From the NCBI RefSeq assembly GCF_009914755.1, contig NC_060925.1: a stretch of DNA of 64,000 bases; one strand, written 5' to 3'. Position numbers and translations under genes: made by a program. Under the pieces are notes generated by a model that was not told the origin of the DNA, did not search any database, and saw nothing but the letters and a program-made list of their open reading frames with translations. Positions 40,981-54,440 of the stretch are shown one piece after another. Origin of the DNA: the human T2T-CHM13v2.0 reference genome, Homo sapiens. Each line of letters opens with the position of its first letter. Position 1 is the first letter of the stretch.

Positions 40981-41729
40981 GGGTGTTAAAATCTCCTTTA
41001 GGATGGATTTGTCTATTTCCTTCAGTTCTGTCAGCTTCTGCCTCACATATCTTTAAGTTCTGTTATTAATTACATTCACATTCAGATTGCTTTATCTTCC
41101 TAATGATTTTCCCTTTTATTATTATGCAATGTTTCTCTTTGTTGTTAATACTTAAGTCTACTCTGATTAATATAAACACAGAATTTTTAAAGTGCATATT
41201 ATTCATACTTTATACTTCTTTCCATCTTTTACTTTCTATTTATATTGTGCTTGTTTTAGACAGCATAATTGAGTATTGCTTTATTTATTCAGTCTGACAA
41301 TTACTTCCTTTTAATTGTAGTGTTCAGTTCATTTACGTATAATGAAATTATTTATGTAGTTGAATTTTACCTACCATCTTGCTGTCTATTTTACATTTGT
41401 CCCTCATGTTTTTGTTCCTCTGCTGCTCTTTTTTAAAACCTATTTTGAGTTAATTGAATAATACTGGTATTGTGTTTTATTGCTTATATTGTCTTCTTAG
41501 TTGCATCTCTCAGCTTTTGTTCACTGAAAAGGTATTTATTTTATCTTCATTGTTGAAGGACATTTTTCCTTGGGATGTAGAAAGCTTGGTTGGCAGGTTT
41601 TTGTCCCATTTATCACTTTAAAGGCATTGCTTCAGTGTCTTCTGGCCTCCATTGTCTTCAGTGATGAGTAGTCAAAATCTCTTATCATTTCCTCTTGTAT
41701 ATATCCTTTTTAAAAATGATAGATAGATA

Positions 41730-42260
41730 ATTGATAGATTATTCTTTAGAGCAGTTTTAGGTTTACAGAAAATTGAAGAGATAGTACAGAGAGCTTCCAT
41801 ATTCCCCATCTCACCCCCACTAAGTTTCCCCTAAACATCTCGCATTGGTGTGATACATTTATTATAATTGATGAATCAATATTGATACATTATTTTCAGC
41901 TAAGTCCACAGTGTACATTAGGATTCACTCTTTGTGTTGTTCAGCTCTAGAAATGCACAATCATGTCATGTATCCACCATTATAGTATCATAGAGAATCG
42001 TTTTACTGCCTTTAAAACCCCTGTGTTTTGCCTATTTATTTCTCTCCTTCTCCCCTCAAACCCCTTGCAACCACTCATCTTTTAGCTGTCTCTGTAGCTT
42101 TGTCTTTTCCTGTGCGCTGTCCCTGTAGCTTTGTCTTTTCCAGAATGTCATATAGTTTAAGTCATATAACTTGTATGTACCTTTTTCACAATGGCTACTT
42201 TCTCAAAGCAATATGCATTTAAGTATCCTCCATATGTTTTATGGCTTGATAGCTATTTAT
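41730..42260 (-). mobile_element. L1MC/L1MB LINE 3' end
   Basis: tttagagcagttttaggtttacagaaaattg...gcaaccactcatcttt...ccagaatgtcatatag. Confidence 0.8.
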
Positions 42261-42449
42261 TTTATTTTATGTTATTCCCCTCTTCTTTTTAAAGCTTTTT
42301 CTGTTTAGTTCTGGCTTGCAACAGTTTGACTATGATATGGCTGGTGTGGTTTTCATTGTATTAATTTTGCTTAAGATTTCCCCAAATTCTTAGATTTGTA
42401 AGTGATGTTTTCCTTCAAATTTGGAAATTTTTCAGCCACTATTTCTTTG

Positions 42450-42763
42450 TGTTTTTTGTTTGTTTGTTTGTTTTTGTTTTTTTGAGACAGTCTCATTCTG
42501 TCACTCAGGTTGGAGGGCAGTGTGTAATCTCAGCTCACTGCAACCTCTGTCTCCTGAGCTCAAGCGATTCTCATGCCTCAGCCCTCTGAGTGGTTGGGAT
42601 TACAGGCATGTGCCACCATGCCCGGCTAATTTCTGTTATTTTTTATGAAGATAGGGTTTCACCATGTTGCCCAGGCTGGCCTTGAACTCCTGGACTCAAG
42701 CCATTCTCCCACTTCAGCCTCTCAAAGTGTTTGGACTACAGGCATGAGCCACAATACCTGGCC
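42450..42763 (-). mobile_element. Alu (old, AluJ/Sz-like)
   Basis: Reverse-complement Alu with (TTTG)n tail; diverged. Confidence 0.92.
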
Positions 42764-45112
42764 CACCATTGTTTCTCAACACATTTTTTTTTTCTTCTCC
42801 ATTCTCACCCTCCTCTCCTGAAAATCCAATTAAATGCATGTAATTACTCTACATGTTTCTGAAGCTCCCTATTTATTTTTCTTTCACCTTTTCCCCTTTG
42901 TTCTGCTAATTGGATAATTTATATCTATATTTCTTTAAGCCCCTTTAAAATCTCATTAAGTCCTTTTATTCTTCTAGCTCAAATTTTCCTTTAAGACCTC
43001 CTAGTAAATTTTTTACTTTAATTATTTTACTTTTTAGTTCTAAAACGTCCATTTGGTTCTATTTTACGGTTTTGTTCCCTCTGCTAAGATTTTCTATGTT
43101 AAAATATGTTGACCATTAAAATATGTTCATTAAGATCTTGTTTTCTTTAATTCTTGGATATATATTAGGTAGATGCCTTAAAGTATTTGTCAGCACAGTT
43201 CAACATCTGGGCCACGCTGAGGTCAAATTCTATTGACTTCTTTTGCTTGACCATAAATTATATTTTCATGAGTGTGTTTGTGTGTGTGTGATTAGTATTT
43301 TCTATTGTACACTGGACACTGTAAATTATACATTTTAGAGACACTGGACTTTGTTATCAGTCTCTTAAGTGCATTGGGCTATATTCTAGCAAACAGTTCA
43401 ATTACTGGCCAATCACTTTGAACTTGTTTAGACTTTATGTTAGGTTTAGTCAGGGAAGATTTGCAAAAAGCCCAAGATATTGCCCAAGGCTTTTTATTTT
43501 GGTGGGTTTCAAATTCCTAACTCTGTTTTCCATGCAGATCTTGTCAAAGCTTGGTATGAGGGCTTGATAAGGTGATTATAGAATAGGTCTTACTCTAGGG
43601 CATGCCCCTTAGGTCTAGTATATGACTTTCCTCAGCTCTCAGGATTTGGGGGCCCTAACAAGACCCTACACTGGTTCTCCGACATCTCCAGCACTGCTCG
43701 ACCTCAAGTATCTCTGTTCCACTTGTAATCCCATAGCAGCTGCTACTTGATAAGACTCCTTTTTTCTTCCTCTGCACACACAGACTATGTCCCATTCAAG
43801 AACTCTTGGAGAACCCCTAAATAGATTTGTGGCCCTCTCTTCACATCTCCCTTCTCTCCTATGTCCTACCCCACAGATTCCAGCCCCTTTATCAGCCTCA
43901 ATGCTAATCCTTGGCTAAGGGACACCCCTGTGCTCTGCTTTGCTCCGTCCAATTCTCTCTGCTATAATGTGGATCTGTTTTCCATGAGAAGAGAGCTGGA
44001 GCAAATGTCAGTTTCATCTTGTGTGTTTTCCTTCTCTCAAGGATCATAGTCAGGGGCAATCTATTGTTCAATAACTAAAAAAGTGCCTCACGCATGTTGT
44101 AACAGTTTTATATTTGTTTATGGCAGGAAGGCTAGTCCAGTAATAGTTGCTTCATCAAGGCCAGAGATAGACGTCCTGATGAAGCCAGGATTTAAATCCT
44201 GTCCATCTGAAACCAGAATTAGTCATCTCAATCACTATGCTATCAGGCCTCTCAGTATAAAGAAAACAAAGTTGCAACCATAAATAAATTAGGAGCAAGG
44301 CAAAGTGCGTGGTTAAAATCTAGATTGGGGCTGTTGACCAAGGTATATCAATTTTCAGATTGGATGGGATGGATAGAAGCCGTTTATGTGAATAGCAGTA
44401 ATAATAACATCATTCTAACCTTACAGAACTTTGAATATCTTCAAAGTGCCATTGTTCTCATTATTTTACTCTCACAACAAACAAACCTTTTTATACCCAA
44501 TAGATGAGATGCTGTCATTCCAGTACGACAAATGAAGAATGCAGAGACCACAAATAGTGAATTTGTTTAACAAAAATCACACAGCTAGTTAGAAAGGGAG
44601 TGGGACCAGAACCTAGGCCTTCTCACTGCTGAACCTTTGTTATCTGCCTTCTCCCAACAAAACTAAGGACATCCTCATAGAAAAGAAGGGGCTGGGGGAG
44701 CAGTTACAGCTTTACGTCAAGAAAGAGGACTTTGATCACAACTACACAGTGAAAACTTAGCCTTCACCTGTTCTATCTGTTCCATGGATATTTGGCCAGA
44801 GACACAAAGGGAGAAGTGGCTGGACACAGTGGTCTGCTTCTTCAGAGGGAGAACCTGGGCTCCCCCAGGACATCTACCATAAAAGATGGCAAAGACATCT
44901 TTCTAGACCTTTATAGCAGCCCATTCTTCATTCCCCGCTCTTACTTACCCAGAAAGAACACTGTTCAATGTAAAATAACTATGTAACAAATAACTGCAAG
45001 TCACTTCGCAAGTATCAAACACTACAGAAGTAATTATTAATATCTCATTCTCCAGAGTTTGGATTTATGCCCTATATCCATCAAGTGAGCCTTGGAAAGA
45101 ACTTACCTAACA

Positions 45113-45195
45113 TGTGTATATATATATATCTATATATGTATATATAGATATAGATATATAGATATGTATACACACACACACACACACACACACAT
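45113..45195. repeat. (TA)n/(CA)n compound microsatellite
   Basis: tgtgtatatatatatatctatatatg...cacacacacacacacacacacaca. Confidence 0.9.
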
Positions 45196-46808
45196 GCATG
45201 CATATTGTATAATGCACTTTATCTTACCTTCCGGAGGTAAGAATTTATGTAGCAAGTTTTGGATGGAATTAATTATGGTCGAGTTAAAAAAAAACCCTCT
45301 TCAACAGTAGTTCTGATAGAAATCTTCACTAGCCTTTATCAGTAAAGGTTCTGCTGGCTCAGCTATTATTTTATCAATCATATTTAAAAGTAGTATTCTT
45401 CCTATAAGAGTTTGTTCCATGTTTGGCTTATCACTTAGATGGAGATAACAGGAATTAGGAAATCTGCAGTTGATTAGCTTGCAAAGCTCCAAAGCTGGAG
45501 CTGATAAGTGGCTCCTGTTCTCCTTAGGAAGGGTGGGGAGGCCTGTAGGTGGTTCAGGCTCCCAAGCCTGGTGGGGATGAGGAGAAAGGGGTGGTGGCTA
45601 ATTCAGCAGATTTATTGCGGTGTTTCCCTTCTTCCAGTTTCCCAGCTTGTGGAAAATAAGGGCTTAGACTCAAAAACCCAGGGAAGAAAAAGAATGAACT
45701 ATAAGCTTTTTTCTTCATACGGGAGACAGATACAGTGCCCCAATATAAATCATGCCTGCTTATGGGGCAGGCATTTCTATAACGGAATTTCAAAATGTAG
45801 TCAATAACTTTATTTTACAGCTGAAGACACTGAGTCCCAGATAATTCACTGAGGACTTGGACTTAAGTTTCCTTCTGGTCACAATCACAATGCATTGTCT
45901 TTAGGAAGACCCCACATCCGCTTGGATCATCAAGCAGGGCCCTGAAACAGCACAGCAGCCATGGCTAGTTGATAGGTGGGGTTTGCCAGACCTGAGGGCA
46001 GGAGAGGGACAGCCGAGACCTGAAGTACATGGGCTAGGAAAAACAGTCATTACCTCTTATATATGTAGAGTGCTGGACAGTTCATGAAACTGTCTCCATA
46101 CATTAGCTCATTTCCTGCTCATGTCATCCTTTGAAGAAATTAGTATAATCATCTTTATATCGCAGATGAAAAAATAAGCCCCAGCAGGTTTAAAAAGCAA
46201 TGATCATCGTATATCTAAACTTGAGCACAACAGGAATTTGAACCTGAATTTTTTTGTACCATATCCAGAATTCTTCTGAGGTTCCGAACTCAGTTGTCTT
46301 GTGTTCAAAGCCTATAGGCCCTGTTACTGCAGGTACGAGCCTGAGAACAATGAAGGGGCGCTTTCCGGAACTGCTGTGTGAGCTTAATGCTATCTCTGCC
46401 ATTTCCTTGTACTCCTTTAGCAAATCCTGTGTAAATAGAAGTTTTATTTGAACAAAGGAGAGTGTCCAGGATTCTTCAGCTTTGCCTTCAGCTTTGCAGC
46501 TGGAGAAAGTAAAATCTATGGAGATAAAATTTAAGCCAATCAAACAGCAAGAACAAGCAAAAAGCTCTCTCCTTCTCCCTTTTATTTCTTGCTTTTCTTG
46601 GTGAGCTTGTTTCTCTCCCTGACTAGGAATAAAGGCCTCTCTTTGGGCACAGACAGCATCTTATTCATCTTTACATATCTCTTCCTGAGATACAGGCATA
46701 GTGTTCTTTATGTTACAGATACACACCACATGCTTATTAAACAAAAATTAAGTTGTGTACATAACTCTTATCACAATCCACTGATGCTATAAAACTAAGT
46801 TAAGTTCA

Positions 46809-46989
<181 letters not shown>

Positions 46990-47459
46990 CTTCATCATCT
47001 CTTGGCTTTTATCTCCTTCTAAGGAGGTCCTCTGAACCTGCCCACTCCTCAAAATGACAACATGTTTGGTGTTTGGAACACAGAAATTAATCTTGTGCTT
47101 TTAAAATGTATAGTTAATGATTAAGGAAGCTCAGACTTAGCACAACTCAGGGTTTTCCCTATGATGCAAACCAAAAACGGCCAATTCAGTCAGTTCAAAG
47201 AAAAAATACTCCACCAAGTTGTTAGGTGCTTTCCATAAACATTACTGTGTACCAAAGGATTTCACCAAGTTGGTAATCGTGTTTAACAATCTTCCATTAT
47301 AAATGCACCTAATAATTGGATAGAGAGTGGGAAAAAGACATTCGATTGACTATGTTTCGAAAATCTTGATATTTGATTGAATTGTATTGGTGGCATTGAG
47401 GAGTCAAAGGCTGCATCTTCTGGGTCTGTGGTCGACACCTTGGCTTCCCAAAATGAGGA

Positions 47460-47600
47460 CGGCAGCTACACTGACATTGCTTGGGAGCTTCTTAGAATGC
47501 AGAATCTCAGTCTGTGTCCCAGACCCAAAGGTTAAGAATCTGCATTTTAGCAAGATCTCCAGGGGATCAGAATGTACACTGACATTTGAGAAGCACACAA
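47460..47600. mobile_element. MER5A-like DNA transposon fragment
   Basis: gggagcttcttagaatgcagaatctcag...aatctgcattttagcaagatctcc...tttgagaagcac. Confidence 0.7.
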
Positions 47601-47799
47601 CTTAACCTCTAGCGCTTTGTATTTGGAAATATAGAGGCACCAGATTTCACCCCACAAATTTGAGCAGGCAGAGTTGGAGGAATGTCTCCCTGTAAAACAA
47701 AGTTAGAGGAGACAGTTTTGGGCACTGCCTAGCTTTGGAGCCCTGGGGAAAGCCATGGCCAAAGAAGATTATGAAAGCCACAGCCGAGAGTCAGTCTTT

Positions 47800-48315
47800 A
47801 AAAAAAAATAACAGCTTTCTTGAGATATAGTTTACATATATGATTCACTCTTTTATATTATACAACCCAGTGAGATTTTGTATATTCACAGAGTTGTGCC
47901 ACCATCAAAAATTTTAAAACATTATTATCACCCCTAAAAGAAATCCGTACCCATTAGCCATCAGTTTCCAATACCCTCATCAACTCCCCACGCTGGGCAA
48001 CCACTAATCTACTTTGCATCTATATACATTTGCCTAATCTGGCTTTTCGTCTAAACGGAATAATACATAATGTGGGCTTTTGTGACTGGCTTCTTTCACT
48101 TAAAATAATGTTTTCAGGGTTTTGCCATGTTGCAGCATGTGTCAGCTCTTCATACCTTTTGACAGCCCGATAATATTCCATTGCACGGATTATACATTTT
48201 GCTTATCCACTCGTCTATTGATGGACATCTGGATTGTTTCCAGTGTTTAACCATCATGAATAAAGATGCTATGCACATTGGTTTACAAATTTTAGGTGTG
48301 AACATAAATTTTTAC
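47800..48315 (-). mobile_element. L1MB-type LINE 3' end
   Basis: acagctttcttgagatatagtttacata...caaccactaatctacttt...gtgactggcttctttcactta. Confidence 0.85.
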
Positions 48316-48324
48316 TGGAGAAAG

Positions 48325-48620
48325 TTTTTTTTTTTTTCTTAAGTGAAAGCAAGTTTGTTAAGAAAGTAAAGGAATAAACAATGGCTACTCCATAGGCAGA
48401 GTAGCCCTGAGGGCTTCTGGTTGCCCGTTTTTATGGTTGTTTCCTGATTATAGGCTAAACAAGGAATGGATTATTCACAAGTCTTCCAGGAAAGAGGTGG
48501 ACAATTCCCAGAACTGAGGGTTCCTCCCCATTTTAGATCATACAGGGTAACTTCCTGATGTTGCCATGGCATCTGTAATTTGTCATGGCGCTAGTGGGTG
48601 TGTAGCAGTGAGAACAACCT
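48325..48620 (-). mobile_element. MER41 (MER41B-like) ERV1 LTR fragment with poly(A) tail
   Basis: aagtgaaagcaagttt...aaggaataa...atggctactccataggcagag...gggtaacttcctgatgttgccatggca matches MER41 antisense. Two TTCNNNGAA motifs are present. Confidence 0.85.
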
Positions 48621-51600
48621 GAGACAGTTTTGACCCTTAAACAAAGTGGGTGATATGGCTGTCAGCAAGAGAAAGGCAGGTAGGCAGGACTTCTGGGAGG
48701 AACAGCCACCTGCTCAGGAAGAAACCCTTCCACCCCAGCTCTTCCACTACCTGTGCAACCACCAGCAAATCACGAGATATCTCAGATCCACGTCTGCAAA
48801 ACGGACATAAATCTTAGCCACATTGACCTCACACTTCCTTTTTTTTTGTGTTTCATATGGGATAATTAGCATAAAGCTGTTTTCAAAGGAAAAATACTAC
48901 ACAAAGACCCAACAGGATAGTTGTTCTTATCACATCACTGTCATTTTGGCAATTCTTGAAATTGCCAGTACCTAGTGAGCTAATGACCTTCTCACTCAGA
49001 ACCAGGGAAGGAGAATCACACTCAGGCCTTTCTCTCTGGTGCCTGAAAAGATTTTCAGTACAGTAGAGATGTGATCTCATTGTGACTCTCAGAAGCTGTG
49101 CTTAGGCTTTCAGTCAATAGGCAACCTCTTTGGGGATAAAAGAACCATCTTATTCACAATGGCTTGCTGTACAAAAAAAATTAGAATAAAAGAATTATTT
49201 AATTCGTTGATTTATTCACTACTTTTTAGCATTTATGATGTGCTCAGCAGTGAGTTGTGTGCTTATAGAGGGTGGTGGAATGAGCGGCGGTAATATAAGA
49301 AAGTACTTGAAATTTGATGCTGCTTTTAGGGGAAGCCAATGTGGCCACTTCTGCTTTCTTATTGACTATTGGAAATGTAGTACAGTACTAGTAATTGTAC
49401 TCTGGAATGGGCCAGTGGAAGCCAATTCGGAAAAAGCGGTCCAAGGAAGACTATAATGCTTGGAAGGAGAAGGGGAAAATGACAGAGGAAAAGAAGAGAA
49501 AAGACGGAGAGAGAGAAAGAGAAGAGAGAAAAAAGAAATTATAACTTCTTCCACCTTTAAGGAAGTGATGAGCCCACATATAGCCCAGGTGATTTTGAGC
49601 TAAATATAAAGCTTGTGAATTCCCCCCAGTGCCCAATTTGGCCCCTAGAGGTGGAGACAAGTTCAGTGGCCACAAAACCAGAGACTCTAAGTTCATAGAA
49701 GGGAGGAGAGAATGGTAGATGTGTGGGAGCAGGGAATTTACCTGCTTCCTGTTTCGGCCCCTTTTGCTAAAGTGAAATGCTGTGGTTTTGCTGGTTATAC
49801 TTGTTAATACAATTCCCTCCCCTTGCAGGATATGTGTGTGGTAACGGCACCATCTGGGTTAGCGAAATAGATACTCCGAGGTATAACACACTAAACACAG
49901 CAGGATGTTTATAAAATTCTTAATCTGGGCCCTTTGGACCACCAAGAATAGACATAGAGATTATACAAGCAAATTACTAAATCAGGCTGAAACCAGACAT
50001 ATAAGCATTTTCATAAATACTTAAAAATTTACCTATACCACGAGAGGCCAACTCTCAGACCATTCTCTGAGAAATACTAGACCACCCTGAGATGCTGGTA
50101 CCTTAAGCACACATTGTCTCTTCTTGTTATGTGGTCATCACCACCAGGATATCCGCCCCTCTCCTGCCCTGAACATCTAGAGCAATTTGGCTGGGCACAG
50201 TGTTCTTTCCAGAACATTTGATTGCTATACTTACATAAGGAGAAAACTCTATTTTCATTTGAAGACTTCAGACCTCCTTCACAAAGTGATACTGCAGTGA
50301 GGAAAAAATGCAAACTGAGGAGCCACGAAAGCTTGCAGCTGAAACAGTGGGGTCTTAGACAAATGATTTTGCCTCCTCATCTGTACCACAATAATAAGAA
50401 AGTTCATCCGACAGAAGTATTTGAAAAAAGCATCTGCTTTCATGTCTGGCACATAGTAGGCATTCCAAGAAGGCTAGTAGCTCTTACCCACGCCCCTTTT
50501 GAGGTGATTTTCGCTTACAACCAAGCCAGAAGGAAGTCATAAAGCTCACGGGCCTTACATAGAGAGGAAGCATCAGAGAGTTCTCACTCACAGCCCTCAC
50601 TGCTCAGTGCAGGAGCCGCCCCAGTTGACAGGACTCACTTCCTCTGTCTACACTCCCAAACCTTCTGTGCCCAGCAGTGTGTGCACATCTGTCTACACTG
50701 AGCTCTAACCAGAGTGCCTGGTTGGGGTCATGACCTGGCTCATTCAGCAGCATGAGCTGGAAAGGACTTTGGCTAATAGGACACCTGGTATCCAATAAAT
50801 TCCCCACCCTGTATTTGTGACTGCTAAAAAGCCGAGTACAGATGATAGGCAATTCATTTTGATGGTAAAGAGTGGCCCGTTCAGGGGAGAAAAAGGGAGT
50901 CCCCTAAAGAGACCCTGGGTGCTCAATGCCAGGAGCAGAGTGAGCTTGTGTACGGGATGTGTGCTAAGGATGTGTATAGCATGGTGAGTTACATTTTTAA
51001 AAAATCACAAAAAATGTACAGGTCTAGGGCTGAAAGTTCTTAGAGCTGCCTCACAAGAGTTGAGGTCCTTTCCCATTGTTTGCAATCTCAGATTGGTTCT
51101 TCTTCCCAGGGGCACATGGCACATAGCACTTTGGTGATGGGGACTGCTTTGCTGATGTCAGGGTCAAGGGGTGCATGGACCATGGGCAGAGTGCTGGGCT
51201 CAGCCAAATGGTTCTGGGTAGGTCTTGCCTCTTGTAGCTTCAGTTTTCTCTTTTGTCTGGTGAAGTTATTACGAAAACTCATCTCTAGCCTTGGCTTATG
51301 GGATAATATTCTTGATAGGACTTTGAAAATTTGAGATTTTGATAGAAGTGTAAGGGAGCAATTTTTTAGATTGGTTCTATGTGCCAAGGGGGAGAGGGCA
51401 AACAAAGGCACATTGGGGTGCTGGTTATGAGTTTGCTTGCACACTCGCAGTGTTCTCTTCCCTGGTCTGGGGCATTGTGTCTGTTCACACAGTTGAAAAC
51501 CAATGGTGGCCGTGGGCAGCCCTGGACCTCCTAAGGACACAAGGCGAAACCAACCACCTAGCCACAAAACAGACGCAACCAGAGCCTAGCTAGCTCTCCA

Positions 51601-52089
51601 GCCTCTGGGCTCTCCCTGCATGGACGGCCACTCTACCTACCTCTAAGACCTATCTGGGCTTGGAAAAGGAAGCTCCTGAGCAGCCTCAGCCCTGATGGTG
51701 AACTCAGCATCAAGCCACAGCTTCTATCAGTCAGCCTGGAGAAAGCAGGCCCAGAGATGCACATTAGGATCCTGCCTGGCTCACAAATTCCTCTGCAGTG
51801 AAGTGACAGGAGTCAAGCTAGTATTGCAGCCTGAGTCATGTCACCTCCCTTGCAGGTTTCCTTAAGGTCATGAGTCTCCTGTGCATGGATTCATAATCCA
51901 TGATCCAGTTTGAGTAAGTTGGCCCATGGTTTAGGCTTTGGTCCCCAAGCTTCTGTTTTGATATCTGTCTGCTATTCCCTGTCCTTCCCCTGCAACAATC
52001 CCATCCTCAAATCCAGTTTTCCTGCATTTCCAAATAGCACCTTCTCCGCTATGGTAGACAGCTTCAAGGTAGTCCCCACTCATCCTCAC

Positions 52090-52545
52090 CTTGAAGCCAT
52101 ACCCTTGAGCAGTTTGCTCTCACATTCACTCGGGGTGACCTGTGTGACCACAGTAGCATGCAGCTGACGTGACAATGTACAACCTCTGAGGTGAGGTCAT
52201 GGGAGATGTCGCGGCTTCTGTCTTGTGCCCTTGGACCCATCCCCCTGGGGAAACCAGCCACCTTGCCATCAGCCCCAGCAGCCTTGTGGGAGGTTCCCTG
52301 GGGAGGAACCAGAGCTGTCCACGAAGGGTCAGGAGCCACCTTGGAAGCAGATCCCAGGGTCCAGGCAAGCCTTCATAAGACTGTATCTGGCCGACATTTG
52401 ATTGTGACCTCATGTGAGACTTTGGGCCAGAACCACCAACAAAGCTGCTCCTGAATTCCCAATTCACAGAAACCGTTAGAGAATAATTATTTTAAGTTAC
52501 AAAATTTAGGGGCTACTTGTCAAACAGATAACAGAACCAGAGAAT
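52090..52545 (+). mobile_element. MaLR LTR (MLT1F/G-like)
   Basis: ccttggaagcagatcc...cctcatgtgagactttgggccagaaccacc...ctcctgaattcccaattcacagaaac. Confidence 0.7.
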
Positions 52546-54209
52546 AGATAACCAATACACCTGCTTCTCTAGTTTCCTTAAGGCAGTGCTCCACCTACCC
52601 ATTGAACACCCCATTATACTCAGGGAAGATGACCCCCAAACCCTATCACCTCTCACCCGATCATGTGCTAGTGATTACTGTGCTAGTACTTGCTAATTCT
52701 ATTCCATTCCTATTACTCCGTCTTGCTGTGAGTACAAAAGCCAGGCTTTTCTATGAGTTCTGAAATAACAGTGTAATGAGGCAAATTCAAACTAGCACTA
52801 AGAAGATACTCAGAAGGGTAAAGTTCCCAGGACACAGACAACCCTATAGACTAGGCTTGCTCTAAGTGTTAATCCCTTTGCAGATACATTCTGTAGGTAA
52901 GAAGGCAAATGCCTTTTCCAAAAGGGCCTGTGTCCATTTCACAGATGAGGAAACTGGGACTTATGCAGAGCCTTGCTAGGCTTGGTGTATGTGAGGGCTC
53001 AGCACACTGGTTGACCAGCCTGCTGTGGGGTCTCTGTCTTACCCATGAGTCATGCTTTCTGCTTCCAGGGATGCAGTCTGGTATTGAGCCACTTATGGCC
53101 TTTTTCCCTCAATACACTTGACCCAGTTCACTTTGGGGAAACTGAAGTGAAACTGCATGATATCATCTGGCCGTTGCCCAACTGCAAACTGCCCTGTCCC
53201 TCCAGGTTGCACAGTTGCAGAGGGATTGTCACCTGATGCAGCTGGACCCTCTGGGAAAGGAGGAGAAGCCGGGGGTAAAGGCGAGCAAGGCAGAGGCATT
53301 GAAACCAGAGCCAAGCACCAGTGTGTGCAGCCCTGATACAGGCCCCACCATTAGCTGAAAAATTGGAATAAATAAATATGATAAATCATCTCCCCAGCCA
53401 TCTTGTGAAAGGGCTTCCGAAATGCAGTGTCATTATCGGTTCCCTTACTGGTGTTCTTACAGATACATTTTAAAATGTCAACCTGAAATGGAAGCTCCAA
53501 GCCTCAAACGTTACAGAAAAATGGATTTTGTAACAAGACACTTTCTCATTTGGGCTCCTTCTCTCTGCCTCCTGCAAAAATGCTCTCTTGAGCTGACTGA
53601 AATCTGTAGTTAAATAATAGTAAGGCAAGAGGTAAATTGAAGCAGAGAAAGGTCTAGAAACAGCTTGCTATTGCAAAAAGATGGCAAGTCACAGAAAGGA
53701 AGGAAGATGACCATTCAAGATGGACATGGGCAAGCCTAGGAGACCTGTGTGTGGCAGTGGCTGTCCTGAGGGGTGGAAGTCGGGGTAAGTGATGGGAGAA
53801 CCATGAGTACTCACCAACCTGCCCCACCTCTAGCCTCTTCTCCAGAACCGGTTTTCCTTTCTCCCCCTGAATTTGAATGAGAAATGTGAGGTGTCAAGTA
53901 TATCCATGAAACCTCAAGAATATATGACATACCATTTTTGAATTCAGAGTTGGAAGCTGCCCTGAGGACAACGTGGTCCTCAATATGGTGCTGGGCCTGA
54001 AGGCCATTCCACTTTGCAGGAAAAAAGCTTTGGGGACACCTTCTCTGGTGGGGGCCAGTATTTGTTGAGGTCCTGCAGCACTGTCCAGGTGTCAAACATA
54101 CCTTGGCCACAACACTGATTCATTGGCGTTTTTGAAAGAAACATATCTTGTCTACAAGAACGGGCATCTGTGTTCTCTGACCACCTGAGAGCATGATAAA
54201 CAATGTTAA

Positions 54210-54440
54210 GAGTAGCAGCTAATACTTAGATAGCACTAACGGTGCAAGCAATGTTCTAAGTAAAGTATGATTATTATCTCATTTAGTTCTCACAACAAAT
54301 TGATGATGGAAGAATGACTGATATCCTCATTTACAAGCAAGGAAACTGAGGCTCCAAGAGTTTCAGTAACTGACCTAGATTCAGCTGGCTAGTAAGCAAC
54401 AGAGTTGGTATTCAGCCCAGCTCTTCCTCTCCAGTGCCTA
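54210..54440 (-). mobile_element. MIR SINE
   Basis: cctcatttacaagcaaggaaactgaggctccaagag core. Confidence 0.7.

Noticed and set aside
47709-48632. 12-bp direct repeat GAGACAGTTTTG (47709-47720 and 48621-48632) as the TSD of a joint L1MB+MER41 insertion
   Set aside because: The left copy is ~80 bp from the L1MB end and the two elements differ greatly in age. The repeat immediately flanking the MER41 piece explains it better.
49638-49860. CTCF-like motifs (GGCCCCTAGAGGTGG; CGGCACCATCTGGG)
   Set aside because: Both mismatch core positions and cannot be supported without a PWM scan or ChIP data.
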